From positions 1-61,321 of the forward strand of contig JAUSIP010000004.1 in NCBI GenBank assembly GCA_030648005.1: a DNA stretch of 61,321 nucleotides, read 5' to 3'. Below, piece by piece: positions 34,605 to 44,471 of this stretch. Source of the DNA: a bacterium. Lineage in GTDB: Bacteria; Patescibacteriota; Minisyncoccia; Phycocordibacterales; UBA12445. Both the position numbers and the translations under genes were made by a program. Positions within the stretch are counted from its first letter, which is position 1; every line of letters begins with the position of its first letter. The notes beneath the pieces were generated by a model, which was not told where the DNA came from, searched no databases, and saw only the letters and a list, made by a program, of their open reading frames with translations.

Positions 34605-35879
34605 GCCTGAATTCATGAAGAGATCAATTCCCCCGTTCAGTAAAACAAGAAATATAGAGACAAAAAGTATCTTTTTTAATTGCTGATCTGTCGAACTAAA
34701 TGTTGCGATAAAATAGCCTGCAAAAAGTGCTAGGATCGGGTAGATCTGGAAGCGGTATCGGGTCTCAACGACGGTGATGAATAGAATAAGCGGAGTCAGA
34801 ACTGCGAAAGCTATCAAGTAGTTATATTTCTCTTTGCGCTCTTTAAGCATTTTTATGGCGCCGGCCATGCCTGCTATGAATAAAATTATTGAAGCCAAAA
34901 CGGAAGATGCGACGAACAACATTTGCCTCCAGCCGGAAGTATAGAACCAAAAGCCCATAGGTCGGATGATGCTGAAATATTTATTGATCCGTAGAATTGT
35001 AAGCTTAATAAACTCTGCTGGATAGTTCAAAATAAAATTCTTAAACTGTTTTACAGACTCATTACCCAACTCCTTTATAGAATGAGTTTCGGCAAAATCT
35101 ACTATCTCCTGACTCATCTCCTGTTCGCCATTGCCGCCAACGTGATTACCTATCCAGAAGTTAAGCTGCCCAGCGACACCAAGAGGTATCACCTCTCCAT
35201 ATACAATGTAGTTTCTAGCTGTCCATGGGATAAAAACTGCGGCTAGAATAACGCTGAACAATAATATCTCTTTGAAAGTTTTTTTCCTATATAGATAGAA
35301 GAATATGACTGGGAGACAAAACAACACCGGCGGCCTAGCCATGACAGCAAACCCGGATACCAGCCCAAGCAGGGCCACTGATGTGTCAGCGAAAAATATG
35401 TAGAGCAATAAAGAGAATAAAAACAGATATAAAGTCTCCGTCATAAGCATTGCAGAGATCTCTATCAGGTCAGGATGAAGGCCAACAATAACAGCAGACC
35501 AGAGCGCTATCTTCTCTCTCTTGTCGCTATCGGCAAAAACTTTAAGTGCGATGAGGTAAACCAGGAGCGCAGTCAGAGCGTGTAATAAAGCCTGCAAGAA
35601 CCAGACTATGTAATAGTTGTGGCCGAAAATAGCATATACTCCAGCTAGAAAGTATTCATAAAGCGGGCCAACTCTGGCGATAGAGAAATCCCGATCTAGG
35701 GATAGTTCTACGGACTCACGGTAACCGTTACCATTGATAATATTGCGGGCGATATTATCATATGCGCGCGCATCCACTGCCGGATCTATCTGATAATAAA
35801 GGGAGTATGTAAAACTCATAAGAAAGCTAGTCAGTAGAATCCATAAGAGAGTTCTATTTTTATTAAAAAACTCCGACAT
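34572..35879 (-). CDS. GT39/GT83-type (ArnT/PMT-like) membrane glycosyltransferase
   Basis: About 11 TM segments. The first loop, DARAYDNIARNIINGNGY, is typical of the PMT_2 family. Confidence 0.65.
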   Translation of the reverse strand: MSEFFNKNRTLLWILLTSFLMSFTYSLYYQIDPAVDARAYDNIARNIINGNGYRESVELSLDRDFSIARVGPLYEYFLAGVYAIFGHNYYIVWFLQALLHALTALLVYLIALKVFADSDKREKIALWSAVIVGLHPDLIEISAMLMTETLYLFLFSLLLYIFFADTSVALLGLVSGFAVMARPPVLFCLPVIFFYLYRKKTFKEILLFSVILAAVFIPWTARNYIVYGEVIPLGVAGQLNFWIGNHVGGNGEQEMSQEIVDFAETHSIKELGNESVKQFKNFILNYPAEFIKLTILRINKYFSIIRPMGFWFYTSGWRQMLFVASSVLASIILFIAGMAGAIKMLKERKEKYNYLIAFAVLTPLILFITVVETRYRFQIYPILALFAGYFIATFSSTDQQLKKILFVSIFLVLLNGGIDLFMNSGLLLARISSWL

Positions 35880-36517
35880 TATTTAACCGCCTCAAGATTA
35901 AGACTGACCGGATACGAATGTCCATTTACAGAGGCTTGTCTAGAAGACCAGTCTCTAAAGGTGTGATACGGAGCCGTCTTTGGATCCCAGTCTCTCGCTT
36001 CCTTAAAGCCGGCTTTCTTAAAAAGTTCAGTGAGATATTTCTTGTTAAAAACGCTGTAATGGAAATTATATTGGTAGTCTTGCGTACCCATCAACGGCTG
36101 AACTATCGACTGAATTTCCTTATTTTCAGAATTATAGATGTGTATTAGACGATCAAGATCGGGTACAGACAGACGTAAGACGCCACCTGACTTCAGTACC
36201 CGACACCATTCTATTAAGACATCTAGAAGTTCTCTGTGGCTGACATGCTCGAAGGCGTGGCTAGCATATATAAGGTCAGCTGTATTGTCCGGGAAGTTGT
36301 CGAGGCGAGTTATGCTCTGAATATGGTGAATATGGGGGAGACGAAGCAGATCGATATTGATCCATCTTGGGTCGTTGGCCGGCCCACAGCCAAGGTGGAT
36401 CAGCACCTTACCGTCGGCGTTCACGGGCGGTAGCGGTGCCACAAAACGGCGCTTAAACTTAGCTGCTGTGCTCACGATCTTATTTTTTATCCTTTTTATT
36501 ATCATATCTTGATCCAT
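35879..36517 (-). CDS. class I SAM-dependent methyltransferase (type 11)
   Basis: IHLGCGPANDP...YASHAFEHV...LKSGGVLRLSVPD. Start is ATG 36517 or ATG 36505; the latter forms an ATGA overlap with the GT11 stop. The track start 36619 lies inside the upstream gene. Confidence 0.7.
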   Translation of the reverse strand: MDQDMIIKRIKNKIVSTAAKFKRRFVAPLPPVNADGKVLIHLGCGPANDPRWINIDLLRLPHIHHIQSITRLDNFPDNTADLIYASHAFEHVSHRELLDVLIEWCRVLKSGGVLRLSVPDLDRLIHIYNSENKEIQSIVQPLMGTQDYQYNFHYSVFNKKYLTELFKKAGFKEARDWDPKTAPYHTFRDWSSRQASVNGHSYPVSLNLEAVK

Positions 36518-37401
36518 GAATCCGGGTAGAGGTCCGGGGCTGTCTGAGTATCGGACCCGAAACGCTGTGCCGGCGCAACAATAATCTTCTTTGGATTGGC
36601 ATTGAGCCACGCCCCCCACCAGCTGAAAGAACTCTTGGCTATTATATTATGCTTGCACCAACTCATCAATGCCATCTCTTCGTAGTCCTTCAGATTCTTG
36701 CCGGCGACATACACCGTAGGTATGTTGAACTTAAGATTCTCCTTGCACCACTCAATCTCGTCAGAGAATATAAAAAGATGGGGCAAGGTAGTTTTGCTTA
36801 TCATATGGTTAACCGCGTTTTTATAGTACTCCCCACCTAAAGCGCCGTGCTTTTGGAGTAGGTGCGGATTATGAACTTGATCTCCACGGCGGACATGTAG
36901 GGAGATGGCGTTAACTTGCGTGATATCTCTTTTTAAAGCTTCTGCTTCAGCAGACAGAGGAACAGACAACTGGAAATCTTGCCGTATCTGGTCAGCATAT
37001 TCAACAAAATATCTCTCACTCTGCCAAACACCGGACAGATAACAATCTTTTTTTATATTAAATATCTCCGGGCGGAAGTTGAATGTCGTCTCTATTATCA
37101 TCCTTCGTCTATTGAGGGGCAGATAAGGCCCGAGATCTCTGCAGAATTTCCTAACCAATCTTGCAGGCAGGCTGTTGTTCTTGGGATTCGGTACCCCGAT
37201 CTTTTTAAAATCTTCTGGAGTTGCGATATTTTGAGTGATGTTAAAATCATTCAGTTTAAAGTACCTATCCTTCTCTATCCCCATCTCGTAGAAAGTTGTA
37301 TCCAGTTTAAGCTCCTGCCCATTCTTCAAAGTCAGCGCCCGGCCCATCGCATACTGAAAGAGCTGGTTACCTATCCCTCCGGAGATTCGGACGATGATCA
37401 T
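36502..37401 (-). CDS. GT11 alpha-1,2-fucosyltransferase-family glycosyltransferase
   Basis: GGIGNQLFQYAMGRAL and LHVRRGDQV are GT11 motifs. ATG 37401 forms an ATGA overlap with the upstream stop. Confidence 0.8.
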   Translation of the reverse strand: MIIVRISGGIGNQLFQYAMGRALTLKNGQELKLDTTFYEMGIEKDRYFKLNDFNITQNIATPEDFKKIGVPNPKNNSLPARLVRKFCRDLGPYLPLNRRRMIIETTFNFRPEIFNIKKDCYLSGVWQSERYFVEYADQIRQDFQLSVPLSAEAEALKRDITQVNAISLHVRRGDQVHNPHLLQKHGALGGEYYKNAVNHMISKTTLPHLFIFSDEIEWCKENLKFNIPTVYVAGKNLKDYEEMALMSWCKHNIIAKSSFSWWGAWLNANPKKIIVAPAQRFGSDTQTAPDLYPDSWIKI

Positions 37402-38357
37402 ATTTGCTCCGAGATCCATTTATAAGTCTCCTTGAGTCCATCATGGAGCTTCCCTGAAGGCGCCCAGCCGAGCTTGTCTAAAATAACGCCGTTGTCTGAA
37501 TTCCTTCCGCGGACACCAAGTGGTCCGGAAATATGTTTTATCTTGATCTCTTTGTCAGCTATCTTCGCAGTCATATCAACAAGGCCGTTTATTGTCACCA
37601 TCTCTTCCGAACCGATGTTGACCGGGCCATTGAAATTAGAGTCCATGAGACGCCTAACTCCTTCCAAACATTCATCAATATAAAGAAAGGATCGAGTCTG
37701 TAAACCATCACCCCAAACCTCTATCTCTCCGCCATTAGCCGCTTCTGCAACCTTCCTGCACATTGCAGCTGGCGCCTTCTCCTTGCCTCCGCGCCAAGTA
37801 CCTTCCGGACCGAAGATATTATGAAAGCGGGCTATGCGAACATCGAGTCCGTAATTCCTGTGGAATGCCAGATACATCCTCTCACTGAATAACTTCTCCC
37901 ATCCGTATTCACTGTCTGGTTCAGCCGGATAGGCGGAATCTTCACAGCATTTTGGATTATCCGCGTCTAATTGATTGTATGCCGGATAGATGCAAGCTGA
38001 TGAAGAATAAAATATTTTCTTAATACCGGCCTTGTTGCCATAGTAAGCCATGTTCAGATTGATCGTCGCAGAATTATGCATAACATCCGCATCATGCTCA
38101 CCTGTGAAGATATATCCCGCCCCGCCCATGTCAGCGGCGAGCTGATACACTTCATCGAAGGGCCTATCAAGAACTGACTGCACAAGCAGCTGATCTCTCA
38201 AGTCGCCTACAACAAATTCATCTGCCGCAGTCTCGGAAAACTCCGGCTTCTTTAAGTCTACGCCACGCACCCAGAAGCCCTCCTTCTTCAACTTCTTGAC
38301 CAAGTGACTGCCGATGAATCCTCCTGCGCCGCAAACTAATGCTGTTTTTGTCTCCAT
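37398..38357 (-). CDS. GDP-mannose 3,5-epimerase (GME)-like SDR
   Basis: Long near-identical blocks to plant/bacterial GME: LAADMGG, SSSACIYP, RFHNIFGPEGTWRGGKEKAPAAMCRK, WGDGLQTRSFLYIDECLEG, GVRGRNSDN. Confidence 0.8.
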   Translation of the reverse strand: METKTALVCGAGGFIGSHLVKKLKKEGFWVRGVDLKKPEFSETAADEFVVGDLRDQLLVQSVLDRPFDEVYQLAADMGGAGYIFTGEHDADVMHNSATINLNMAYYGNKAGIKKIFYSSSACIYPAYNQLDADNPKCCEDSAYPAEPDSEYGWEKLFSERMYLAFHRNYGLDVRIARFHNIFGPEGTWRGGKEKAPAAMCRKVAEAANGGEIEVWGDGLQTRSFLYIDECLEGVRRLMDSNFNGPVNIGSEEMVTINGLVDMTAKIADKEIKIKHISGPLGVRGRNSDNGVILDKLGWAPSGKLHDGLKETYKWISEQI

Positions 38358-38376
38358 ATATAAATCTATATTATGA

Positions 38377-39486
38377 CTATTTTGTTAAAAAATCAATGAC
38401 ATTTTGCGCCCTTTTATCCCAAGTGGTCTGCTTCGCTAATTGATAACATAAGTCCGTCTTTTGCTTTACAACTTCCGGATTGCCATTTATAGACGTTATA
38501 ACTCCCGCCAAGTCCTTAGAGTCGCCAGGCTTAAAACTAAATCCGCACCCACCAAGTACTTCACGTAATATTGGCAAGTCAGAGTAGACTATCGGCTTCT
38601 TACTGGCTATATATTCGTAAACCTTCATAGGCAGAAGATAGTTACTGAAGGGCGGTTTGTCGGGACTTGGTATTACTAAAATATCCACCGCCTTCTGATA
38701 CATAGGCACTCTCTCTATATCCTGTCTCTCAACAAAAATAACCCTCTCTCTTATTTTTGGATCGGTGATCCCTGCCCTTATCTCTTCTATCTCCTCATGC
38801 TTCCCTCCTACAAAAACCATACTCACATTCTCCGGCAGGTATGAGAGCGCCTCTATCATCATATCTATCCCCTTTGTTGTTCCTAAAGTTTTAAACATTC
38901 CTATGTAAGCGACGAGAATTTTATCTTTAGGAAGATTCAACTCATCACGCAAATCACGTCCCGTTAGACTGTCATACTTCTCAATGTTAGATCCGCCATA
39001 AACAACTAGAAACCTGTCAGGTTTTACAGAGACTTTCGTCCTATCAAGTATCGTATCACACAGTCTTTTGGATGTCGCAACCAAATAGTCGCTGTTCTTA
39101 ACTATAAACTTGTCCTTCCAACTATCATAAAGCATATGCCACTCGGAGCAGATCTTATATTTAAATCTGAAGATCTTCCTCAAAACGATCAGGTCAACAA
39201 GAAGGTTCGGATCGTTGGAAAAGAATACTGTCTCCGGACTATCGAGCTTCTGTTTTTTAATAAAAAAAGGTAACCAGAAAAGGTAGTAGAGCGTTCTCCC
39301 TTTCTCATTTAAAATTTGAGTATTTACAACTTTTATATCTTTAAAAAATTCTGAGGTGTCTCCGGCCAGTACCAAAGTCAGCTTGTCTTTTAATATCCTG
39401 CCGTAGGCTTTAGCCATCTCTTTCACGAAAAAGTGGTCAGCTGTCTTGCTTGGATATTTCTTGGATGTTAAATATATAAAATTCAT
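38377..39486 (-). CDS. GT4 glycosyltransferase
   Basis: YIGMFKTLGTTKGID...LLPMKVYEYIASKKPIVYSDLPILREVLG. Confidence 0.75.
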   Translation of the reverse strand: MNFIYLTSKKYPSKTADHFFVKEMAKAYGRILKDKLTLVLAGDTSEFFKDIKVVNTQILNEKGRTLYYLFWLPFFIKKQKLDSPETVFFSNDPNLLVDLIVLRKIFRFKYKICSEWHMLYDSWKDKFIVKNSDYLVATSKRLCDTILDRTKVSVKPDRFLVVYGGSNIEKYDSLTGRDLRDELNLPKDKILVAYIGMFKTLGTTKGIDMMIEALSYLPENVSMVFVGGKHEEIEEIRAGITDPKIRERVIFVERQDIERVPMYQKAVDILVIPSPDKPPFSNYLLPMKVYEYIASKKPIVYSDLPILREVLGGCGFSFKPGDSKDLAGVITSINGNPEVVKQKTDLCYQLAKQTTWDKRAQNVIDFLTK

Positions 39487-41319
39487 TTAATCTTCAAGTG
39501 TAGTTAAATCTCCCAAATCTTGTCCCATCTCTTTAGCTCTTAGTACTCGGCGCATGATCTTACCGGAACGGGTTTTAGGCAGTTTGTCTATAAACTCTAT
39601 CTCGACAGGTATTGCATGTGCACCTATCTCTCTTCGCACATGGAATTTTATATCTTCTATCAAAATTTCATCATGTACTCGCCCTGTATGAAGTAGGATG
39701 AACGCCTTTATCACTTCACCTCTGATCTCGTCGGGCTTGCCTATCACGGCCGACTCGGCAACAGAATGGTGAGAGTTGAGCGCACTCTCCACTTCCGCCG
39801 TACCGATGCGGTGGCCGGAAGAGTTGATAAGATCGTCGCTTCGTCCGAGTATCTGAATATAGCCATCCTCATCGCGAATAGCCATATCTCCGGCAGTATA
39901 CACCCCTTTCGTCTCACTCCAATATTTCTCAAACCGAGCGTTGTCGCCCCAGACTGTGCGCATCGCTCCGGGCCAAGGCTTCTTTATAACCAGCAGACCC
40001 TTAGTATTATCCGGCACACTCTGTCCATCCTTATCAACAATATCAACATCTATGCCAAAAAAGGGCAGGCCGGCCTTCCCCGGTTTTTGCGGGAGAGCAG
40101 GCAGTGACACTATCATATGTCCGCCCGTCTCTGTCTGCCACCATGTATCAACCACGACACACCTCTCACGTCCTACATATTTATAAAACCAGTTCCAAAC
40201 CTCAGCGCTAATCGGCTCACCGACGCTTCCCAAAATCCGGAGCGACGAAAGATTGTGTTTCTCCAGATGTTCTTCTCCAAACTTGCGGAGCATTCTGATA
40301 GCTGTCGGAGAGGTATAAAAAACTTTTACTTTGTACTTATCAACTATCTTCCACCATCTATCTTTGGACGGATAATCCGGCACACCTTCTACCAAGACAG
40401 ATGTCGCTCCGACAGAAAGCGGACCGTACACCACGTAGCTATGTCCTGTGATCCAACCCGGGTCAGCTGTACACCAGTAGACGTCGCCCGGTTTCAAATT
40501 AAAAACAGCTTTTGAGGTGTAGTGTGCATAAAGACTGTATCCGCCTGTCGTGTGAACGATCCCCTTAGGCTTGCCTGTTGAGCCGGAAGTATACAGAACA
40601 AAAAGTGGGTCTTCTGAATCCATAACTTCCGGCGCAAAAATATCTTCCTGTTCACTCACGAGTTCGTAATAATCTACCTCTCTCTCCGTTGAATCATGGC
40701 GCTCGCCATCGCGTACTAACACAATGACATGCTTCACAAAATCCAGCCCGTCAATCGCCTCGTCTACCGTCGGTTTTAGCCTCTTCTTCTCTCCGCGTCT
40801 TAGCGTCCAATCAGCGGTGATAACAACTTTAGCCTGCAGATCGATAATCCTATTGCGTACAGCCTTATCGGAGAAACCGGCAAAGATCACGGAGTGTATG
40901 GCACCGATCCTAGCGCAAGCCAGCATCGCCACCACCTGCTCTATCATAAGCGGCATATAGAGCACTACACAATCCCCCTTCTTAACTCCGAGCGATGCTA
41001 GGCCGTTGGACAACTTATTAACCTGACGTAGAAGTTCACCGTATGTAATCGTCGTCTCTTTGTAATTCTCATCAACATGGATGAAAGCTAGTGTGTCACC
41101 TCGGCCGGCCGCAACATGGCGGTCAAGACAGTTGTGTGTGATGTTCAACTTCCCTCTCAAAAACCACTTATGGTACGGGTAGTTCCATTCAAAAACCTTG
41201 TCCCATTTCTGAAACCACTCGAGCTCGTTCTCCGCAAGAGATGCCCAAAAGCCTTCCGGATCTTCTATGGACCGTTCATAAAGGCTCTGATAATCTTCTT
41301 TTGCCACAAAGTTTTTCAT
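39487..41319 (-). CDS. acs: acetyl-CoA synthetase (AMP-forming acetate-CoA ligase)
   Basis: YTSGSTGKPKG, WWQTETGG and the C-terminal SGKIMRR. The N-terminus YQSLYERSIEDPEGFW is typical of Acs. Confidence 0.85.
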   Translation of the reverse strand: MKNFVAKEDYQSLYERSIEDPEGFWASLAENELEWFQKWDKVFEWNYPYHKWFLRGKLNITHNCLDRHVAAGRGDTLAFIHVDENYKETTITYGELLRQVNKLSNGLASLGVKKGDCVVLYMPLMIEQVVAMLACARIGAIHSVIFAGFSDKAVRNRIIDLQAKVVITADWTLRRGEKKRLKPTVDEAIDGLDFVKHVIVLVRDGERHDSTEREVDYYELVSEQEDIFAPEVMDSEDPLFVLYTSGSTGKPKGIVHTTGGYSLYAHYTSKAVFNLKPGDVYWCTADPGWITGHSYVVYGPLSVGATSVLVEGVPDYPSKDRWWKIVDKYKVKVFYTSPTAIRMLRKFGEEHLEKHNLSSLRILGSVGEPISAEVWNWFYKYVGRERCVVVDTWWQTETGGHMIVSLPALPQKPGKAGLPFFGIDVDIVDKDGQSVPDNTKGLLVIKKPWPGAMRTVWGDNARFEKYWSETKGVYTAGDMAIRDEDGYIQILGRSDDLINSSGHRIGTAEVESALNSHHSVAESAVIGKPDEIRGEVIKAFILLHTGRVHDEILIEDIKFHVRREIGAHAIPVEIEFIDKLPKTRSGKIMRRVLRAKEMGQDLGDLTTLED

Positions 41320-41353
41320 AATATATAGAACACTACCTACACCTTATTGGTTT

Positions 41354-42289
41354 CTACTTCTTAGCGGAGACCAGTATAATGCCACTTCGTCCGGACAAAA
41401 TCTCCAATACAGAGAAGATCAAAGAGAACGCCGCGGCTGGAAGAAACAGAATAATATTCACAATCAGATCAATAGGATGTGCCTTAGCGGCGGCAGTTAA
41501 ATCAATTTTACCGTTTAGCAAATCGAACAACATATTCTTCCTCCGGCTGAAAAAATTTAAAATAGACTGCAGATAGCCGTAGATCTGATAGATAAAACTG
41601 CCGGCGGTAACCTCTACATTACGGAACCCTGCCTTCTGGAGCAATACAGCCAAGCCCTTCGGCGAGAAGTGCATCAAATGCCTCGGTACATCTAGGTGGA
41701 ACCAATTCTCTTTAAAGATCTGCGATTGCCATGACCTGAAGTTGGGCACCTCTGCGATAAGAACTCCGCCATCCTTCAAGATTCTCAAAGCCTCCTTCAT
41801 ATACTCCAGAGGATTGCTGATATGCTCCAGTGAATGCCACATTGTGACAAGCTCAAAGCTTACACTCTCAAAACTATTCTCCATCAGATCGCCCTTATAT
41901 ATAAACTCTCCCGCCCCGTTCTTCAGGTGTTCCGGCGGAGCAAGCTCTGTCCCGAAGGCCAACCAGCCAAGTTCTCGAAACTTCATAAAAAAGGACCCGT
42001 TGCCACAGCCGATATCCAAGAGCTTGCGCGGTGCTATACCTGCGATCTTGAAAATCTGCCTGATTCTCAAGCGATTTATAACATCTTCGCTCAAGGACTT
42101 CCTGTTGCCGTAATATTGATCTCCGTAATAATCACCTAAATTTTTTTTGTCGGGACCAAAGTCTGTGACAACTATTTCACAATCGAAACATCCTATGAGT
42201 GAGAACTCCTCTCCGGAGATATAATCACCCCCAGACAAGACATTGTCGCGGATTTTATTTTTACAGACGGGACAAATTAACTCGTTCAT
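41354..42289 (-). CDS. SAM-dependent methyltransferase with N-terminal zinc ribbon and C-terminal TM segment
   Basis: CPVCKN...CFDCE, then LLDIGCGNGSFF...VTMWHSLEHI...LKDGGVLIAEVPN. The hydrophobic tail is IVNIILFLPAAAFSLIFSVL. Confidence 0.7.
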   Translation of the reverse strand: MNELICPVCKNKIRDNVLSGGDYISGEEFSLIGCFDCEIVVTDFGPDKKNLGDYYGDQYYGNRKSLSEDVINRLRIRQIFKIAGIAPRKLLDIGCGNGSFFMKFRELGWLAFGTELAPPEHLKNGAGEFIYKGDLMENSFESVSFELVTMWHSLEHISNPLEYMKEALRILKDGGVLIAEVPNFRSWQSQIFKENWFHLDVPRHLMHFSPKGLAVLLQKAGFRNVEVTAGSFIYQIYGYLQSILNFFSRRKNMLFDLLNGKIDLTAAAKAHPIDLIVNIILFLPAAAFSLIFSVLEILSGRSGIILVSAKK

Positions 42290-42292
42290 ATC

Positions 42293-43750
42293 TTATTTTA
42301 TTAACCCAAAGACCTCCAGACCATTCATACTCTTAATATATCTATAATAGTCTTTTATAATACTTTCTGCATCTACTGAAAGATTTGTGTCTGAACCGTA
42401 TATGACAACACCCGGACGGACACCTTTAGCAAAAAAGTCAGTCCCTATTGTAGGCAGACCGAGAAGTGTAAAGGTTTGATACTTTTCATCTGTTTGGATC
42501 AGGGAAGAAACCTCAAGCGAGTTGATAATCCCGATCGACTGCCCTGGGTAGGTCTCGTTTATATATCTGGCAGTCTTGGACGCAGCATCTCCGGCGTAAA
42601 TCTCTGCGCCGCTAAAAAGGTGCGTAAACTGAACTAGGCACAACAAGAACACTACGGCGACTGCGAATTTCTGTTTATCAAACCTCTCTAAAAACACTGA
42701 CATAGCGTGCGGTAAGACGAAGAGTGTCAGCAGTTCGGCGATCAGTATATATCTAAGCCAGCCCGGAGATCTTAAATAATATACAAAAGCAAGAACAGAA
42801 TATGAAATAACGAAGTTATAAAAGAGCTTTAATTTTTTCCCTTGTGGTGAGCCTGTCGAACCATCTTCCAAATAGTATCTAGCAACGCAGATAACCAAGA
42901 AAAGAGCGCTGAAATAGATAAGGGTTGACGAATGGAAGAAGTTCAGCAGATTGTTTATAAAGTTAAACGAGATAGATGTGGAATGATAAGGGTTCTCGTA
43001 GAAGTTCAAAATATTATTCCACACAGAGACCGAGAATGGATTACCAATTACTAAAAAGATCCAGGCCAGTATCGGCAAAGCAGAAATGGACAGGAATTTA
43101 ATCAGTTTTTTAAATCTACTTGCCAACAGATCATCCTCGGTGAAAATAGTAAAGATAATAGCCGGCAGGGCCAGTAAAAAAACTGACGGCTTCACCGCTA
43201 CAGCCAAGCCCAGAAACAGTCCACTTGAGTAGTAACTCTCTTTGATTAATAATAAATAAAGACTTGTTATTAAGAATATAAAACCCGGCACTTCTCCAAC
43301 ACCAGCACGCCCACTTCCGTAAAATGAAGCAAATGTGGTGAATAATAGGACAGCTAGAACCGCCTTATCCCGATCAAAAAACTTCTGGCCGAAAAAGTAA
43401 ACAGCAAACAAAGCCAGAATCATTATGTCCAGCATCACAAATCTTTCTACTGCCAAGCTGTATCCAAAAATCTTAAAAACTAACGCAAGAAGGGCAGTCA
43501 GAGGATAGCCTGTCGACTGCAGAAGATAAGGATATTCATAAAACTCTCCAGGGCTAGTCTCGACGTTAAGACTGCCAGTTTTAGAAAAGTTGTGTGAGAG
43601 CTCCATCGTCAGGGCTTCATCAACCCACAACTTCGGCCGAGTTGTAAGAGTAGATAGGGAGAATAAAGTTACAAAAAAAATAGCTACGGTAAAAATCAGT
43701 ATGGTGCAGTTTTCCTTAATAAAACTTTTTAACCCTGCTAAATTGTTCAT
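42293..43750 (-). CDS. GT39/ArnT-like polytopic membrane glycosyltransferase
   Basis: About 12 TM segments with an early LWVDEALTMELSHNF loop. ATG 43750 gives a 35-nt overlap with the upstream GT2 gene. Confidence 0.55.
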   Translation of the reverse strand: MNNLAGLKSFIKENCTILIFTVAIFFVTLFSLSTLTTRPKLWVDEALTMELSHNFSKTGSLNVETSPGEFYEYPYLLQSTGYPLTALLALVFKIFGYSLAVERFVMLDIMILALFAVYFFGQKFFDRDKAVLAVLLFTTFASFYGSGRAGVGEVPGFIFLITSLYLLLIKESYYSSGLFLGLAVAVKPSVFLLALPAIIFTIFTEDDLLASRFKKLIKFLSISALPILAWIFLVIGNPFSVSVWNNILNFYENPYHSTSISFNFINNLLNFFHSSTLIYFSALFLVICVARYYLEDGSTGSPQGKKLKLFYNFVISYSVLAFVYYLRSPGWLRYILIAELLTLFVLPHAMSVFLERFDKQKFAVAVVFLLCLVQFTHLFSGAEIYAGDAASKTARYINETYPGQSIGIINSLEVSSLIQTDEKYQTFTLLGLPTIGTDFFAKGVRPGVVIYGSDTNLSVDAESIIKDYYRYIKSMNGLEVFGLIK

Positions 43751-44471
43751 AATCTTTGAGGCCAAACTTATAGAGTAAATATTTCCAGAGAACAAGCAAG
43801 ATCTCCAGGCCGTACTTCGAACTCCTTATGAATCCGATCATAGATGCCTCCGGAAAGTAGCGTGTAGTTATTGGTACCTCGCCGATCTTAGCGCCGGCAA
43901 CCTTAAGCTGAACCAGGATCTCGGTATCAAAAACGAAGTCATCAGAATTATACTTAAGTGGCATCTCCATCACCTTCTTGCTGTAAGCACGAAAGCCAGA
44001 GTGATACTCGGAGAGCCTATTGCCCAACACAATATTCTCGATACCAGTCAAGAAGATGTTGGCGACAAACTTCCAGTATGGCATCCCGCCCGCCAATGCG
44101 TTCTTCATCACCTTCATTCGTGAACCTATCATGGCATCATACTCACCGTTAGCGATCGGCTCAACAAGCTTCGGGATAAAAGTCGGGTCATACTGAAAGT
44201 CAGGATGAACCATCACAGCAATATCGGCGCCAAGCTTCAAGGCCTCTTTATAGCAGGTCTTCTGGTTACCACCGTAACCGCGATTTTTGGGGTGGACAAA
44301 TACCTTCAACCCGAGTGACTTCGCCACATCCACAGTGTTATCCTTACTGGCATCATCAACAAGTATCACCTCATCTACAACACCCTTAGGGATAGCCTTA
44401 AGGGTGATCTCCAAAGTCTTAGCCGCATTATAAGCCGGTAAGACTACAACTACCTTCTTATTATTAATCAT
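43716..44471 (-). CDS. GT2 glycosyltransferase (polyprenyl-phosphate sugar synthase, DPM1/GtrB/ArnC-like)
   Basis: VVVLPAYNAAKTLE...VILVDDASKDNT...HPDFQYDP. Confidence 0.8.
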   Translation of the reverse strand: MINNKKVVVVLPAYNAAKTLEITLKAIPKGVVDEVILVDDASKDNTVDVAKSLGLKVFVHPKNRGYGGNQKTCYKEALKLGADIAVMVHPDFQYDPTFIPKLVEPIANGEYDAMIGSRMKVMKNALAGGMPYWKFVANIFLTGIENIVLGNRLSEYHSGFRAYSKKVMEMPLKYNSDDFVFDTEILVQLKVAGAKIGEVPITTRYFPEASMIGFIRSSKYGLEILLVLWKYLLYKFGLKDYEQFSRVKKFY

